From NCBI GenBank assembly GCA_946965045.2, contig OX337229.1:3534001-3598000 (forward strand): 64,000 nucleotides of DNA, written 5' to 3'. This DNA is from Epithemia pelagica. Its lineage: Eukaryota; Protista; Bacillariophyta. Position 1 is the first letter of the stretch. Each line of letters opens with the position of its first letter. Positions 62,932 to 64,000 of this stretch are shown piece after piece. The position numbers and the translations under genes are program-made. The notes beneath the pieces are model-generated. The model saw only the letters and a list, made by a program, of their open reading frames with translations. It was not told the DNA's origin and did not search any database.

Positions 62932-64000
62932 TCACTTCCAGACCACTAGCAGTCCCTTTTTCAGAGTCTTGTCATTGCTAAATGCTGCTATCATGTTGCG
63001 ATTGGGATGGCTCACCAGGCACGTGATTTCGGCCTTGGTCGTCATGGTCGTCGCGTCGGTCTTGTTGGCCTCCTTGCTCATACTTTGCCTGCCAAAGTCG
63101 TCTATCGAACCGACAACCGTTCCCTTTCCGACATCAAAGACCGACAAGGTTCCATCCTCTCGCACAAGAAACAAATATCGATTCGACGGGCTTGTCGAAG
63201 CCGCACAGAATACGCTCTTGCTAGAAGTCGTATCCTCAAACACTTGCAGGACAACGCCCGAGGAATTGACCAAGACTGCCTTTCCAGATCGGGCCACCAG
63301 AACCATTGATTGGGACGGTGTATGGAGCGGCAACACACAAGCAATTGCGGCACGTGTATCCACCGTCGAAACGTCAGTCATGACCAACGAAACTCCCACT
63401 TTTGTTTCTGGTCCAGGTTGTTGAAGAATGACTAGGCATTCCGCCGAACTTGCATCAAAGACGCGGACTTTGCCATCGACGGATCCAGTGATGACTCTCA
63501 AGCCTGCGGAAGGGTGGATCGAATAGAAGCACGTGTTGACATAGGAATTGTGACCTGTGAATTCCTTGAGCATTTTCGACGTACGTAAACCGAATTCTCG
63601 ACATTTCGAGTCTTGACCGGCCGTCAAGATATGACTACCGTTGGGGGAGAATTGGACATTGGAAACGGCTGCCGAGTGGCACTTGAGGATACAGAGGCAA
63701 CGTCCTGTGTCGATTCGCCATATATTCACCTGGCCGGTCAAGTCGCCCGAGGCGAGCAACGCTCCGTCATTCGACACTGCCAAAGCTGTCACAGCAACGT
63801 CGTGACCCAGCAGTTCATCGTTTTTCTGGTAGGGGAGATCGTGACGCAGCTGGTTGAAATTTTGCGAGGCATCCCAAATCTCAATGAGTCCATCGGACGA
63901 ACCCGTAACCAGACCGGAGCCATCTGGCAAAAATGCGGCAGCTTCACACCAAGCTTTCTTTCCAAATTTGATGGTTGCGAAAGGCTTGGAAGGGATCGAC
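62932..64000 (-). CDS. SMU1: WD40-repeat splicing factor SMU1-like (5' part outside the window)
   Basis: IKFGKKAWCEAAAFLPDGSGLVTGSSDGLIEIW, LRHDLPYQKND and KMLKEFTGHNSYVN parallel the SMU1 WD40 region. The frame is open to the window edge. Confidence 0.85.
   Translation of the reverse strand, partial: SIPSKPFATIKFGKKAWCEAAAFLPDGSGLVTGSSDGLIEIWDASQNFNQLRHDLPYQKNDELLGHDVAVTALAVSNDGALLASGDLTGQVNIWRIDTGRCLCILKCHSAAVSNVQFSPNGSHILTAGQDSKCREFGLRTSKMLKEFTGHNSYVNTCFYSIHPSAGLRVITGSVDGKVRVFDASSAECLVILQQPGPETKVGVSLVMTDVSTVDTRAAIACVLPLHTPSQSMVLVARSGKAVLVNSSGVVLQVFEDTTSSKSVFCAASTSPSNRYLFLVREDGTLSVFDVGKGTVVGSIDDFGRQSMSKEANKTDATTMTTKAEITCLVSHPNRNMIAAFSNDKTLKKGLLVVWK

Overview
Gene-dense eukaryotic nuclear DNA from a diatom. 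Evidence: short GT-AG introns (mostly 64-103 nt), bipartite signal+transit peptides with Phe at +1, a fucoxanthin-chlorophyll LHC gene and a SELMA-type Cdc48. The species cannot be determined from sequence alone. I reconstructed about 25 protein-coding genes by hand and checked exon phases so each spliced model stays in frame. In order they are: UBAP2L-like RGG protein (partial), MFS transporter, small LHC-like protein, EGY-like M50 protease, GT90 glycosyltransferase, signal-peptide-bearing Cdc48, DUS1, SGNH hydrolase, THOC2, GDPD, a hypothetical protein, PPR-Smr protein, P5A-ATPase, ATP synthase d, a small hypothetical protein, primase small subunit, Lhcr, HADH, Obg, kinesin-4, bZIP, CruP-like oxidoreductase, Mpv17/PMP22 and SMU1 (partial). 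There is also one 716-bp non-autonomous PIF/Harbinger-type MITE (58-bp TIRs, TAA target-site duplication). The most unusual object is a plastid-targeted CruP-like FAD enzyme fused to an ~1,150-aa disordered arm with about 26 W[S/T]P motifs, partly in a 60-aa tandem array, reminiscent of the pyrenoid Rubisco-linker 'KWSP' sticker. Also notable are an apparently non-organellar PPR-Smr-RGG protein needing a 7-nt micro-exon, and a kinesin-4 tail with a partial-p25alpha-like motif. No rRNA, tRNA or CRISPR features were seen. All family assignments are from motif recognition, not database searches.
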